Positions 23,093 through 35,044 of a DNA stretch of 64,000 nt are shown in pieces (the first letter of the stretch is position 1; each line of letters starts with the position of its first letter). Made by a program: the position numbers and the translations under genes. The notes beneath the pieces were generated by a model, which searched no databases, was not told the DNA's origin, and worked only from the letters and a program-made list of their open reading frames with translations. The stretch comes from Lama glama (taxonomy: Eukaryota), in NCBI GenBank assembly GCA_028534125.1, contig CM052818.1, positions 1,304,001 to 1,368,000 of the forward strand. The letters run 5' to 3'.

Positions 23093-25164
23093 GCTTGTTT
23101 TTTCATGAGGATAGTTGGCTCATGAAAGTATTTGAAGGAAGGGCAAGCTGGCGACTTTACTTATTTCCACCTGCACAGCTTCCTTCTCTGGGACTCATTG
23201 TTAGCACAGTTCTCTCAGTGCCATCCCTGGGCATGACTATCCTTAGTCATGCTTTTTGTCCCTTATTGCATTATAATCATGACCATCATGCTCCTCTCTT
23301 TTCCTATTTTCTTGAGCTCTTAAGGGTAAATGACTCATTTTGTTATCTTTACTTTTATAAAAACTGAGGACTAACTGATATTCTAAATGCATTATTAATG
23401 GATATTAATATTTGGTTTTCATAAAACAAAATGTTATTAGTGTTACTGAGGATGCTGTTTCAGTATTTTTCTAAGAAATTTGGCTACTGAGCTATAGATG
23501 GCAGCCAAGCAAAGCTGGAGCAGTTGGGATTACCAGAGTTTTTAGGAAGGATTCTTTATCAGAACATCTCCACTGTTGTCATGAGTTGGTTGTGATTTTC
23601 AATTGCTGTTATTCTTATATGATCAATGACTTAATTTAGTGTTATCAGTTTAGTTGGTTGTGATTTATTATGTCAACCCTTTACTGAATAGTGATGCGTA
23701 TTTGTTCAACTGAATTTTGGCCTGTAATTTTCCATTATCTTGACTTAAGGATATATGTATCATGTTTAAAATACGTTACTCATTCTCCCTAAAATTTGCT
23801 TCGTTATTATTACTTAGTTCTTTTGGGGTTTTGTGGGTGTAGATGGATTAGGAATCTTTTGTCCTAAGGGGACATGGTAAAAAAAAAAAAGTTTAAGAAC
23901 CACTGCGTTGGTTTTAGTTGCTTTTCCCGGCTGTTTTATCATTACTAGTGGGTTTTCATTTTTGACCTTGTCTTGGCAGATAACCCTAAATCTTACTATC
24001 AGACCCAAGATTCAGTCATTTGCACATCCTATAATATAAGTAGTACCCACTGTCTTTGTCTTTAGTCTGGCTTGTTCTCACCCATATTCATAGGGGATGA
24101 TCTCATCTTTTTTGCTTATTCCATTCAGAGGCAGTGGCATGCACAGACTTGATATTTCAGATCCCAGGCCTTATCCTGGGTGCACCTCCATTAGTGTTAT
24201 CTCCTGGTTTTACATCGCAATCATTAGACAAGTTTGATTAAGGCAGTCGGCCCTCCTCCCTAACTTTACCCTTAGTCTCAAAACTCTACTCCTCTTCATC
24301 GTCTTTCCTAATTCTTCCATCTTTTGAGGTAGCATTTTTAAGGCACCAGAGTCTTAGCTGTTTCTGACATAGGTTTTATAACTGAAGAGGGACTAAAGAA
24401 CAGAGGATAACAGTAAATTGATTGCAGATATAAGATTAATATACACATCCCTAAAATTCCTGCTTTTCACAAAAATCCACTTAGCTACATCGCCTAGTCA
24501 GACTCTTTTTCTTTGCCAAGTATTACATTACTTGCTTTCCCTGCTGTGGTACCAAATTATTCTTCCAGTTTTATCCCTTTTTGTTTGAGGAGCCACAGTG
24601 ACTTGACTTTTTCACCATATAGCAAACCTTATTTTAATTTTGAACAGTATGTATACTGTTAGTTGATTCCCATATATCATAAGGGAGTGCCTCGCGTTTT
24701 TTATTGAAATTCTGAAAATCCCAGGCATATCCATGCGTATAGAGGCTGTTGCCTAGCAAATTCTTTTGGGAAAGCAGCCATCTCTTTCTTCTCTGTCTTC
24801 ATATCAAAAATTATTTTGTTAGTTGCAAGTCCTAATTTTGCAGATGAGGAAAGAGGCCCATAAGATGTTAGGGCCTGATTTTTTAAAAAAATAATATTGA
24901 TTCCTGCTTTGTAGTACTAATACTAAAATATTGATCACAAATCACTCATGAATAATAGTGCATATTTTCATTTTTCTAATCCCATCTATATATCTCTAGT
25001 CTTTCATATCACTTATTGAGTAGAAGCCATTTCCTTGCTTTGCTCTGGGTGCTAGCAATTAAAGTTCAGTCTTAGTTTCTATTTAAAATTTTGTTTTTAA
25101 ACTTTAAACTTTAACAGTGAAATAAATGCATTTAAAAACAAATGTAAATTAAAAAAGATTTGAG

Positions 25165-26390
25165 CTTTATTGAAATATAATTCATATACCATACCTTTCT
25201 CCCATTTAAACTGTCCGATTCAGTGGGTTTTATTTTTTTTTCTGGTACATTCAGAGTTGTGCAACCATCATCACAATCTAATTTTAGAACATTCTTATCA
25301 CCCCCAAAAGAAACCCCATACCTATTGGTAGTCAGTCTTCATTCTGTCCCCCTTCCCCAGGCAGTCACTACTTTCTGTCTTTATGGATTTACCTATTCTG
25401 AACATTTCTTGTAAATGGAATCATACAATAAGTGTTTTTGTTGTGACTTGACATAGTATTTTTAGGATTCATCCATATGGTAGCTTGTATTGTTACTTCA
25501 TTTCTTTTCATTGCTGAGTAGTATTCCATTGTATGAATATACTATATTTTATGTATTCCATAGTTAATGAACATTGGGTTGTTTCCATATGTGGGCTGTT
25601 ATGAGCAGTGCTTTTATGAACATTTGTATACTAGTTTTTGTGTGCACATATGCTCATTTCTCTTGGGTATGTATCTGGGAGTGGAATTTATAGTTCATAT
25701 GATAACTGAACATTTTGAGGAACTGCCAAACCATTTAACAAAATGTCTGTACCATTTTGCATTCCCACCAGCAATGTATAAGGGTTCTGGTTTCTTCATA
25801 TCCTTGTCAGCACTTTTTATTATCTTTTTTTAGTCATCTTAGTGGATATGAAGTTGTATCTCACTGTAGTTTTGATTTGCATTTCCCTAATGGTTAATCT
25901 TTTTGTGTACTTATTAGTTATTTGTGTATCTTCTTTGAAGCAATGTCTGTTCTGATCCTTTGTTCAACTTTTAGTTGGGTTATTTATCTTCTTATTGTTG
26001 AGTTGTAAGAGTTCTTTATATATTATGGTTGTAAGCCTCTTACCAGGTATATGATTTGCAAATGCTTTCTTCCATTCTTTGAGTTGTCTTTTCATTTTTG
26101 TTGATGGTATCATTTGCTGCACAAATGTTTTAAAATTTGATGTAGTCCAGTGTATCTAGTTTCCATTTTTTTGCTTGTGCTTTGGGTGTTATATCTAGGA
26201 AGCCTTTGCTTAACCTAAGGTTACAAGTATTTCCTCTTATATTTTTCCTAAGAGTTTTATAATTTTTTCTCTACCTTAAGGTCTGTGATCCATTTTGAGT
26301 TAATTTTTGCCTGTAGTGTAAGGAAACATGTCCAGTTTCATTCTTTTACCTCTTGATATCCAGTTGTTCCAGCACCATTTGTTGAATGTC
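25165..26390 (-). mobile_element. L1MB-like 3' fragment
   Basis: agctttattgaaatataattcatatacc...cattcccaccagcaatgtata...tccagcaccatttgttgaa. Confidence 0.85.
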
Positions 26391-27989
26391 ATCTCTCACC
26401 CAGATGTATTTCTGATTGATTTATCTTGATCTTTTTACTATGAAATTTATATTACTTTTCTGTAGCAGAAACTTAACATTCAAGACCCTGTCATTGTGTT
26501 TATTTGACTTTGCTGTTCAGCCTGACCTCCCTTGTTGAGCGTTCTCACTTGGGAAGAAGTTTTGCTCTAACCATTTCAGTTGAAGATTTTCTCTTTTTAG
26601 CTTAATTGCTGCCTTCCATTTCTGAGGTTCCTCTGTTACAAGAATGATGTGATTGCTGTATTTTATCTTGGTAAATCCTTTACTTTAGGGACTGATTCTT
26701 GTCCTACCTTATGGAATTGTTTTGTGTTATACCACCCAGTTTTAAGATTAACATATAGTGTTTTAATGGTAGAATCTTATCTATTTAATCTTTTTCACTG
26801 TTAAAACATGTCAACGTTATAAAAATTTTGGAAACTATATTAAGAATTACTTATAATCATGTAACACAACGTCTGTTATTTTGGTGCATTTCATTGTAGA
26901 CCTTTGCTTTATATATTTTGTTGTTGAAAATCTGTATTCTTGGTGTAGTAACAATTTTCTGTTTTGCTTATTTGATTAAGTTGTGTGTAAAGCTGGTTCT
27001 TACAGAAAACAAGTTGAGAGGATATTTTCCAAAGCTGTCTTGCTCGATATTTTTTGACAACTAAATGTGAGGAACTGGCTCCCCCACTTACTGCTCCTGT
27101 GCCTTTGATCACATGGCTTTGTTTTCCATCCTCTGGCCTCGCCCATTCCCTGTGTTGTACAAAAACCAGTTAATCATAATACTTGGTTCATGACACTTTC
27201 TCATTACTGGTCCCTGCATGGACCTCTTTAAGCCATTAATTAATTGTTTTTATATGCAGTTAACCACCCGAGTGGGCATATTTTTCTCATCTTTAAAATG
27301 GGAATGACATTAACTACACTGTAGGAACAGTATTAAAAAAAAAAAAAAGGGAAATAAAGCGTTCTTTACAGTATCTGCTGGGTGGTAGTCACTCTAATAA
27401 TGTGAGTCAGCTGCCTTTGACCTTTGAGTTTGCCATGTGGACTTAGATATTTCTGTTTTTGATGTTATATTAACTCCTGAACTTTCTATTTGGAGTGGTT
27501 CTGGCACCCCCTCACTTTTTTTGCCTCCACGCCTGTAACTGAGGGATGTAATCATCATCATCAATAATCAGACCCTGAGAGTGGTTATTTTGAGATAGAG
27601 TGGAGAATGGAGGAGATAGGAAACAACGTTATAAAAGCTCTTCAGGTAATTCTAATATACTCCTGACGATCAATGAGGGGAAAGCAGTGATCTCCCATTG
27701 CTGATTGCCTAATTTTTAGTAGTAACTCCCTTTTAAAAGTAACATTTTTATATTTAATTTATAAATGTAATATAATGACTTTTAAAAGAATAGAAGAAAC
27801 ACAGCAAAAAACTTAATCCTACCACCCCATCACAACTCTTGCATTTGTATGTTTCTTTTTAACATTTTCCATATGCATTTTACTATATTGGAAGAGTATT
27901 ATCATGTTGTGGTTTGCTTTTTCAGTTAACATGCTCTATACAGTTTCATACATTGTTATATATTACATATCTATATCATTTTCCTGGCT

Positions 27990-28960
27990 TCATTCATGAA
28001 TTTATTAATTCATTCAGCAAATATTTATGGAATAACTTCTATGTGCCAGATACTCTTCCAGGCTCTGGGATACAACAGGGAACAAAACAGACATGTCCTG
28101 GCCCTTCTGGACCTTACATTCTAGGGGAGCACTCACAGCATAAACAGACACACAACTACGTAAAGTAATAATGCTATTTAGTGATTAGTGTGATGGGGCA
28201 TTGTTTCTGATAAGGTGGTTAGAAAAAGTTGTTCTGGCAAAGGTTTGAAGAGAGTGAAGGAGCAAACCATACGACTCTCCTGGGGAAGTACCTTCCAGAC
28301 AGTGGGCACAGCGAGAAGACCCTCAGAGGCATAGTGGTGGGAGGCGACGGTAGGAGATTAAGGAGGGTCCAGATCGTGTGGACTAAGAAAGAGACTTTGA
28401 TTTTATTCTAGGTGTCATGGAAAGGTACAGGAGAGTTTTGAGCAGAAAAGTGAAATGCTCTTACTTAGGTGAAAGAACATTCTGGCTGCTGTGTGGAGAC
28501 TGGAGTAAGAGAGGAAACAGGAAAACCAGTCAAAGGATATTTGCAGTAATAAGGGCTAAGTGATTGATGGCTGTAGCATGCAGTAAGGTATTGGGGAGGA
28601 GGTGATGAGAAACAGTTGGATTTAAAATGTATTTTGAAAGCAGAGCCAAAATGTTGGATTAGTTATGATGGTTAAAGAAAGAGAGGAATCAAGCTTAATT
28701 CCAAGACTCTTGGTTGGTCTAAGTAAATGGGTGAATGGTGGTGCTGTTTATTGGAATAGAGTGTAAAGGGGGAAAAGCTTTATTTTACTTCACAGCACTT
28801 ACTACTGCCTGAAATGTAATTTTTGATGTCGCCTCCATTAGCATGTGTATTCCTAGAGGGGAGGAATTTTGTTCCTTTTGTTTGCTGCTATATCCTGGGA
28901 ACCTAAAAAAGTGCCTGGCATAGAGCTGGTGTTCAACAAATATTGGTTGAATGAATAGAA
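27990..28960. mobile_element. L2 LINE fragments
   Basis: ttcattcagcaaatatttat... end at about 28010 and an oppositely oriented gtgcctggcata...aaatattggttgaatgaat end at about 28950. Confidence 0.75.
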
Positions 28961-29939
28961 GAATAAAATAATTGTATCACTAACTGTTAAATATCTGGGG
29001 TTGATTAGCTGATTTGCAGATTAACTATCTTAAAAAATATGAATAGGTTTTTGAGAGAAAAAAAAACTGCTGACAATCTTTAAAGCTTTGACATACCAGA
29101 AGTGTTTATTTTTCGGAATTAATATAATGTTAGGAATCCCTCTTTCTCTTCGTCAGAAGCATAATCTAAAATAATTGGCCCCTAAAGCCTGTCAGTTTTC
29201 AATATTTTGTACAGTGTTGTTAAAATTTTTTAAATTTAAGTATGATAACTCCAGTGATGAAAATGTCATAATCTAAGTACACATTGTATGAATAAAGCTT
29301 AGCATTTGGCAAAAAGTTAAAATTATTGTACCTTTGGGAAAGAGGGGTGAATAATGTTAAATAAGTTTCGTTACAATATTGGAATAGGATAATGATTTTT
29401 TTGTGGTTTGATGAAGAGAAGTTAGGTTTTATTTTAATGACGTCATTGGAATTGTCAAGCAAATTGGAAAAATGAAAAACTAAAAAAGCTCTCTAGTAGC
29501 TGATAAGACAATGCTGGTTTGGCTCAGTCAGCAATGGGCTCCCTGTCTTATTTTATTTGAGCTAAATAAACAAAAATTTTTGAAGCTCTTGCAGGTTATT
29601 CTGGTGTGTTATCTGATCAATTAGATTCAAACCATAGAAAATTAGTAGTCATGGGGAAATTCAATGTGAGAGCAGCATTTGGCAATCATTCCTGTGTTGA
29701 CTTGGAAGAGTTTATTATTTATCATCAGGTCAAATATATAATGCTGGTAAAACCGATCTCTTGGAAATCTTACCTACTATAACTCTGGAACTAAAAAATG
29801 AATGGGTAAATTCTCTTTATTTGTATAGGTTTGAAATATTTTATTTAAAAAATGGAAGAAAAAGGATATGAACCAGAGATATTTTTCCATGTTTTCTCTA
29901 TTTCTCCATTTTTTAGTTTGTAGTTTATCTTCTGTTGCA

Positions 29940-30640
29940 TTTGTAATGCAGATATAAGCTTATATGATTTTATTCCCCTCCTCCCCTTTTTACAGAACTA
30001 GTTGTGTCCTGTAAATACAGTTTTGCAGCTTAGTGTTTTTATTCATCAGTATATTTTGGAGATCTGTCCATGTCAGCATGCAGAAATTTTCCTTATTTTT
30101 TTTTAACAGCTACGTAGTGTGAGTGTACCATGGTTTATTCAGCCAGTCCCCTATTTCTGTATACTTGGGTTAATTCCAGTCGTTTGTTGGACAAAATAAT
30201 GCAACAGTGAATAACTTTGAATATTTGTCATTTCTTATTGTAAGTTTTTTATTGTATCTGTAGGATAGATTCCTGGAAGTGGGACTGCTGGGTAACATGA
30301 TGAATGTATCTGTACTTTGGTAGGTATTACCCTCTGTAGAGGTTGTACCATTTTGCTCTCCTTCTAACAGTCTATGAAATTGCTCATTTCTCCATAGCTT
30401 TTTCAACAAAATGTGTGTTAGACTTTTGAGTTTTTGCCAATATGATAAATGACAAATGGTATTTCAGTGCAGTTTTTATTTTTACTTCTCTTACTGTGAG
30501 TAAGGCCGAACATCTCTTCATGTGTATAAAGGCTCTCTCAGGTGTGTGTGTGTGTGTGTGTGTGTCTGTGTACTGTCTGCCCATGTCCTTTGCTTATTTT
30601 TTTTATAAGGTTGGTATTTTTCTTTTTGATTTGGGAATAC
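29940..30640 (-). mobile_element. Ancient L1 (L1ME-like) fragment containing a (TG)n run
   Basis: gtaggatagattcctggaagtgggactgctgggt motif; (TG)n at about 30542-30570. Confidence 0.7.
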
Positions 30641-30773
30641 CAGAAAAGAACTTTTGATAGTTTATGTTTTGCTTAAATACATCAGGAGTATACAAACTGA
30701 AATGGGTTGTGATTACTAAAACAAAGAAACGATTGTTTTTTAAGGGGTGAAAACTTCATTTTTATTCAGCCCC

Positions 30774-30832
30774 ATTGCTTCTCAGCCTTTTGGCTAAGAT
30801 CAAGTGTAGTATCTGTTCTTATCAGTTTAATA
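30774..30832 (+). pseudogene. RNU2: U2 snRNA retropseudogene, 3'-truncated (about nt 1-59)
   Basis: attgcttctcagccttttggctaagatcaagtgtagtatctgttcttatcagtttaata equals the U2 5' end with two CpG-type changes; 13-bp direct repeat tttttattcagcc at 30759-30771 and 30835-30847. Confidence 0.95.
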
Positions 30833-33287
30833 CCTTTTTATTCAGCCTTTTTATTATTTTGATCATAAAGAGACATGAATAAACAGGCATTTAAAAAGAA
30901 TTTAAAAAAATTATACCAGGAGGCTGTGATAATTTGAAATCAGAAGGTTTTTTGGGGGAGTGCAATAACATTATTAGAGAATGCTGCTTCATATACAAAT
31001 AAAATTCTTAGCAAATCAGAGAATGCCAACATTTTAATAAATTCTTTACTTTAAAATGTTCTGGCATGCATTAATATGTTAACATAATTTCTAACATCAA
31101 CACAATTAATATATGAATCAGCTGCAAAAAGTTATTGATAAGAACAGTTATTTAGTATGGTTTTGGAAGCAGTGTAGAATTTTAGATGACATTAATGATG
31201 TAGCTTCAGTTTAGAATATGATATGTATGAATATTAGGTCACTGAGAAAAAATAGATACTTTGATTCTTCACATCATTGAATTTGATAGTTTTTAGCATT
31301 TGCTAATGAGGCAATAGTTGATTTAACCACACTGAAATCAAGCTTCTAGCTGAAAGTAACTTGAAGAAATAAAATTAGTGACTTATTTATGAAATGTGTG
31401 AATCTGGGTTGAGATGCTGAGCAGTTATGACATTTACTATTTTCTTGGGGGAAACAGCAAAAATGAGGGGGAGGAGTTAAAAACTGTATTAAAAGCAGAG
31501 CTGAGCTTAAACACTTGAGACCTGAGCTGGCTAGTAGATTATTTCTCAGAGATGTCTGCTATGGCTGTGGGAAAAAAGAATAAAGCTGTTTTTGCAGTGT
31601 AGTAGTATCTGCTGGAGTATTTAGAAAACAAAGAAGACAGTTTGCTGACTAGCTGATGTTGTATGGACTTTGAATATTTGAAATGAGGAGAGATCATCTA
31701 AGAAATAGATAACAGTAATGAAATATTTTAATATTTTGGCTATTGAAAAAAACAATTTGTGGTGTATGTCTGTAAATTATATTTGTATTACATTTTACAT
31801 TTCTAGATGTCCTCAGATATTAATGTTTTTCTTCAAATTGCAGGTAACTTAACATTAATATTTCCTCCACATTTTGACTATTTTTTTTAAGGGTGATTAA
31901 TTTTGTCTTAACTCTGCTTTTGGGTTGTTCTCAATCTCCTTCCGTCCATATTCTGGTTGACAATTGACAGTTCTCTCTCTCTCTTTTTCTCTGATTTTCG
32001 CCTTGCCTTGTTCTAGAAGGGAATTAGATGGTTTTCAAAAATCTACATGATTTAAAAAATACATATAACAGATACATCAAAGGTGGCGAGCAAATTGGGG
32101 CAAGGGAAAACAGAGGTAGGAAAGAGACCATGAAGTCGAGAGTGAGAGCAGTTAAAAGATTATGCTTGTAAAGGTAGGCCATCAGTTTGGCTCTAGCCTT
32201 TCTAGCAGCTACTGCAAAAAAGAGACATGCTTTTTATTTGAGTTATGGTGTAAAATTAAAAAGTAGTTGCTTTGGAGAAGCACAGCTATTCTTGGTTCTG
32301 AGTAAGACCAGAGAACTGTTTCTCCCATATGTCCTCACAAAGAAGGCCCTGTATAATGTAACTTTAATATCCATATAGTAAAGCAGCAGTATGTGACAAT
32401 CTGTTTCTTATGTTGTCCTTTAGTGAAAGCATATGGCATAACCAAAGCACAATTTAGTAAAAGCAGTTCTGCAGGGAGTCAAAGGAATGCAGTTCTCTGC
32501 TGGTCTTGGCTTAATCAAGTCATGGATTTTATAATACCTACGGTGGAATTTGAGGGTACATTATCCCTCTTACCCCCCCCCCCTTTTTTTGATCATTGAT
32601 CACTTTGAGAATCTTAAGAATGCTATAGACTCTTTCCTTAGTAAAATGCATGTGCCCAGTCTTCATACTTTCTAATCTGGAAGAGTGTATGCGTTGCATA
32701 CACGTCAGGTAATTCTTTTTAGTAGTCAAGGTTTTTGATAAGTGATGAGTATCAGTGAGTTTCAGGTTGGTTGGTGGTTGGTTATTTATTTATTTATTTG
32801 CTTTTTTTCTCCTGAAGTATCACTTGCCAGTGTTCTTAGTTAAGTAAGAGCTATGTATGCTTTAAAAATAAACCAGCTGTGGGTTACATTATTATCTTTT
32901 CATGAAAGTTGATGAACCTGAATAAAAGCCACCTTATTCCTTCAAAAGAAGTAGAGTGAGAGAGAGTACCTAAGGATAGGGCCAAGGTTCTTCTCTAGAA
33001 GTTACTTTGGTTGTGTTCTAGCGATGAAATAAGTGCCACTAAAGCCACAATAATTTTATTCAGAACAGTCTTAAATTTGATGTTAAAAAAAAAAACCAAC
33101 CCATCGTGGCCATTTAAAAATTTGCCAACAAGTAAAGAAACTGTAGATGTTTTTGCATTAAACTATGTAATTTAGAATATACTTCCTGGAAAATGTATGC
33201 CCTGTTAAGGAGGTTATTTACCTGGAATGTCTGGATCCTACCCTGGTCTAGATTTATAATTAAAAAAAATTGAGATATAGAAGTCTC

Positions 33288-33418
33288 GGGGAAAGGGTAT
33301 AGTTCAGTGGTAGAGTGCGTGCCTAGCATGTGTGAGGTGCTGGGTTCAATCCCCAGTACCTCCATTAAATAAATAAATAAATAAGCAAAACTACCCCCCC
33401 AAAAAAAACCCCAAAACA
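33288..33418 (+). mobile_element. Vic-1-type SINE
   Basis: gggtatagttcagtggtagagtgc...gggttcaatccccagtacctcc plus (TAAA)n tail; 16-bp TSD gagatata(g/t)aagtctc. Confidence 0.92.
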
Positions 33419-33959
33419 GAGATATATAAGTCTCAAGAGCATGATGATTCATAAAATAAATTTAAGCATGTAATATATATTTGCATAACTATTTTAAAAC
33501 TTTAATAACATCCATTGCCCAGTTAAACATCCAGGTGAGCAAGAACTATCACAGTGCAACCAACTATATTACCTTAATGTGATTTGTGAAAGTGCATATG
33601 GACTGGAACTCTGTTAAAATACCTGTCTCCCACTCACAGTCGTGGCACACATTAACATGCATCTTGCACTGTAGTGAATTTACCTTCAGTTACTACTGTG
33701 AGTTGATAATGAGATTAGATAAAAGCAAAAGCAAAAACAATGACAGTAGTAACAAACTTTCTGAAAGAACAATTCTATCATTTTTTGAGTATTTAGATGT
33801 TTCCAGTGTTTAGAATGCTAGATAAATGTTCTATTGTATGTTAGATAAATGATGAAGGCCATTTGCCAGAAATGATGATTTGTATTAAAATGACTCTTTT
33901 GCTGTATTTATTTTTGGTTAAGAAGCTGTAGAGTAACACAGGCTTTCAGTTTTGATTGT

Positions 33960-34522
33960 GTTTTTATTTTTATTTTTAAATTTTATTTGTTTTTTAATTG
34001 AAATGTAGTCAGTTTACAATGTGTCAGTTTCTGGTGTGCAGCACAATACTTCAGTCATCCATATACATGTATTTATTTTCATATTCTTTTTCATTATAGG
34101 TTACTACAAGATTTTGAATATAGTTCCCTATGTTATACAGTAGAAACTTGTGGTTTATCTACTTTATATATAGTAGTTAGTATCTATAAATCTCAAACTC
34201 CCAATTCATCTCTTCCAACTCCTTTTCCCCTGTGGTAACCGTAAGTTTGTTTTCTATGTCTGTGAGTCTGTTTCTGTATTGTAAATAAGCTCGTTTGTCT
34301 TTTGTTTTTAGATTCCACATGTGAGTGGTATCATATGGTATTTTTCGTTCTCTGTCTGGCTTACTTCACTTAGAATGACAATCTCCAGGTCCATCCATGT
34401 TTCTACAATGGCATTATTTTATTCTTTTTTTATGGCTGAGTAGTATTCCATTCCAAGAAGTTCCATACCACAACTTCTTTATCCAGTTGTTTGTCGATGG
34501 ACATTTATGTTGTTTCCATGAT
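33960..34522 (-). mobile_element. Lineage-specific L1 3' end
   Basis: Collinear with 22605-23092. Confidence 0.85.
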
Positions 34523-35005
34523 TGTGTTTTTATATACTTGGACATGGCAAATGGACAAAACATCTTTTGTCACTATGATATTATACTGTGGAGCACTGAC
34601 ATCTTGTTGCATGTCCAAACCTTTGCTCTATATTGTTCCCAATATTTCCATTTTAAAAAAGTGCTTTTTTATGTTTTCCCCCTTTGCAAATTGTGGATTT
34701 GTTTCTTTCCTCATATTTATGCTTGCTTTTTGTATTTCCCTTCTGCTTCCTGAAATTTAGAACTTTGAAACACACACACCCAGTAAAACATCTAAGCAAG
34801 CAAGAATCATCACTGTGCAACTAACTTTCACTTTCTGGGGAAATCTGGTGTCAATAAACAACAAAATTCTAAGGGTATTGATATGAAATGTGATCTTACC
34901 AAACAATATAAATGAGTAAAAACAGTATACATTGAGCATGACTGAATCTATGTTATAAAGTGTTTTTGGTATGGAGTTTGGTTTTGGGAAAGACATATTT
35001 GTGTA

Positions 35006-35010
35006 ACACA

Positions 35011-35043
<33 letters not shown>
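35006..35043. repeat. (CA)n microsatellite
   Basis: Visible dinucleotide run. Confidence 0.95.
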
Positions 35044-35044
<1 letters not shown>

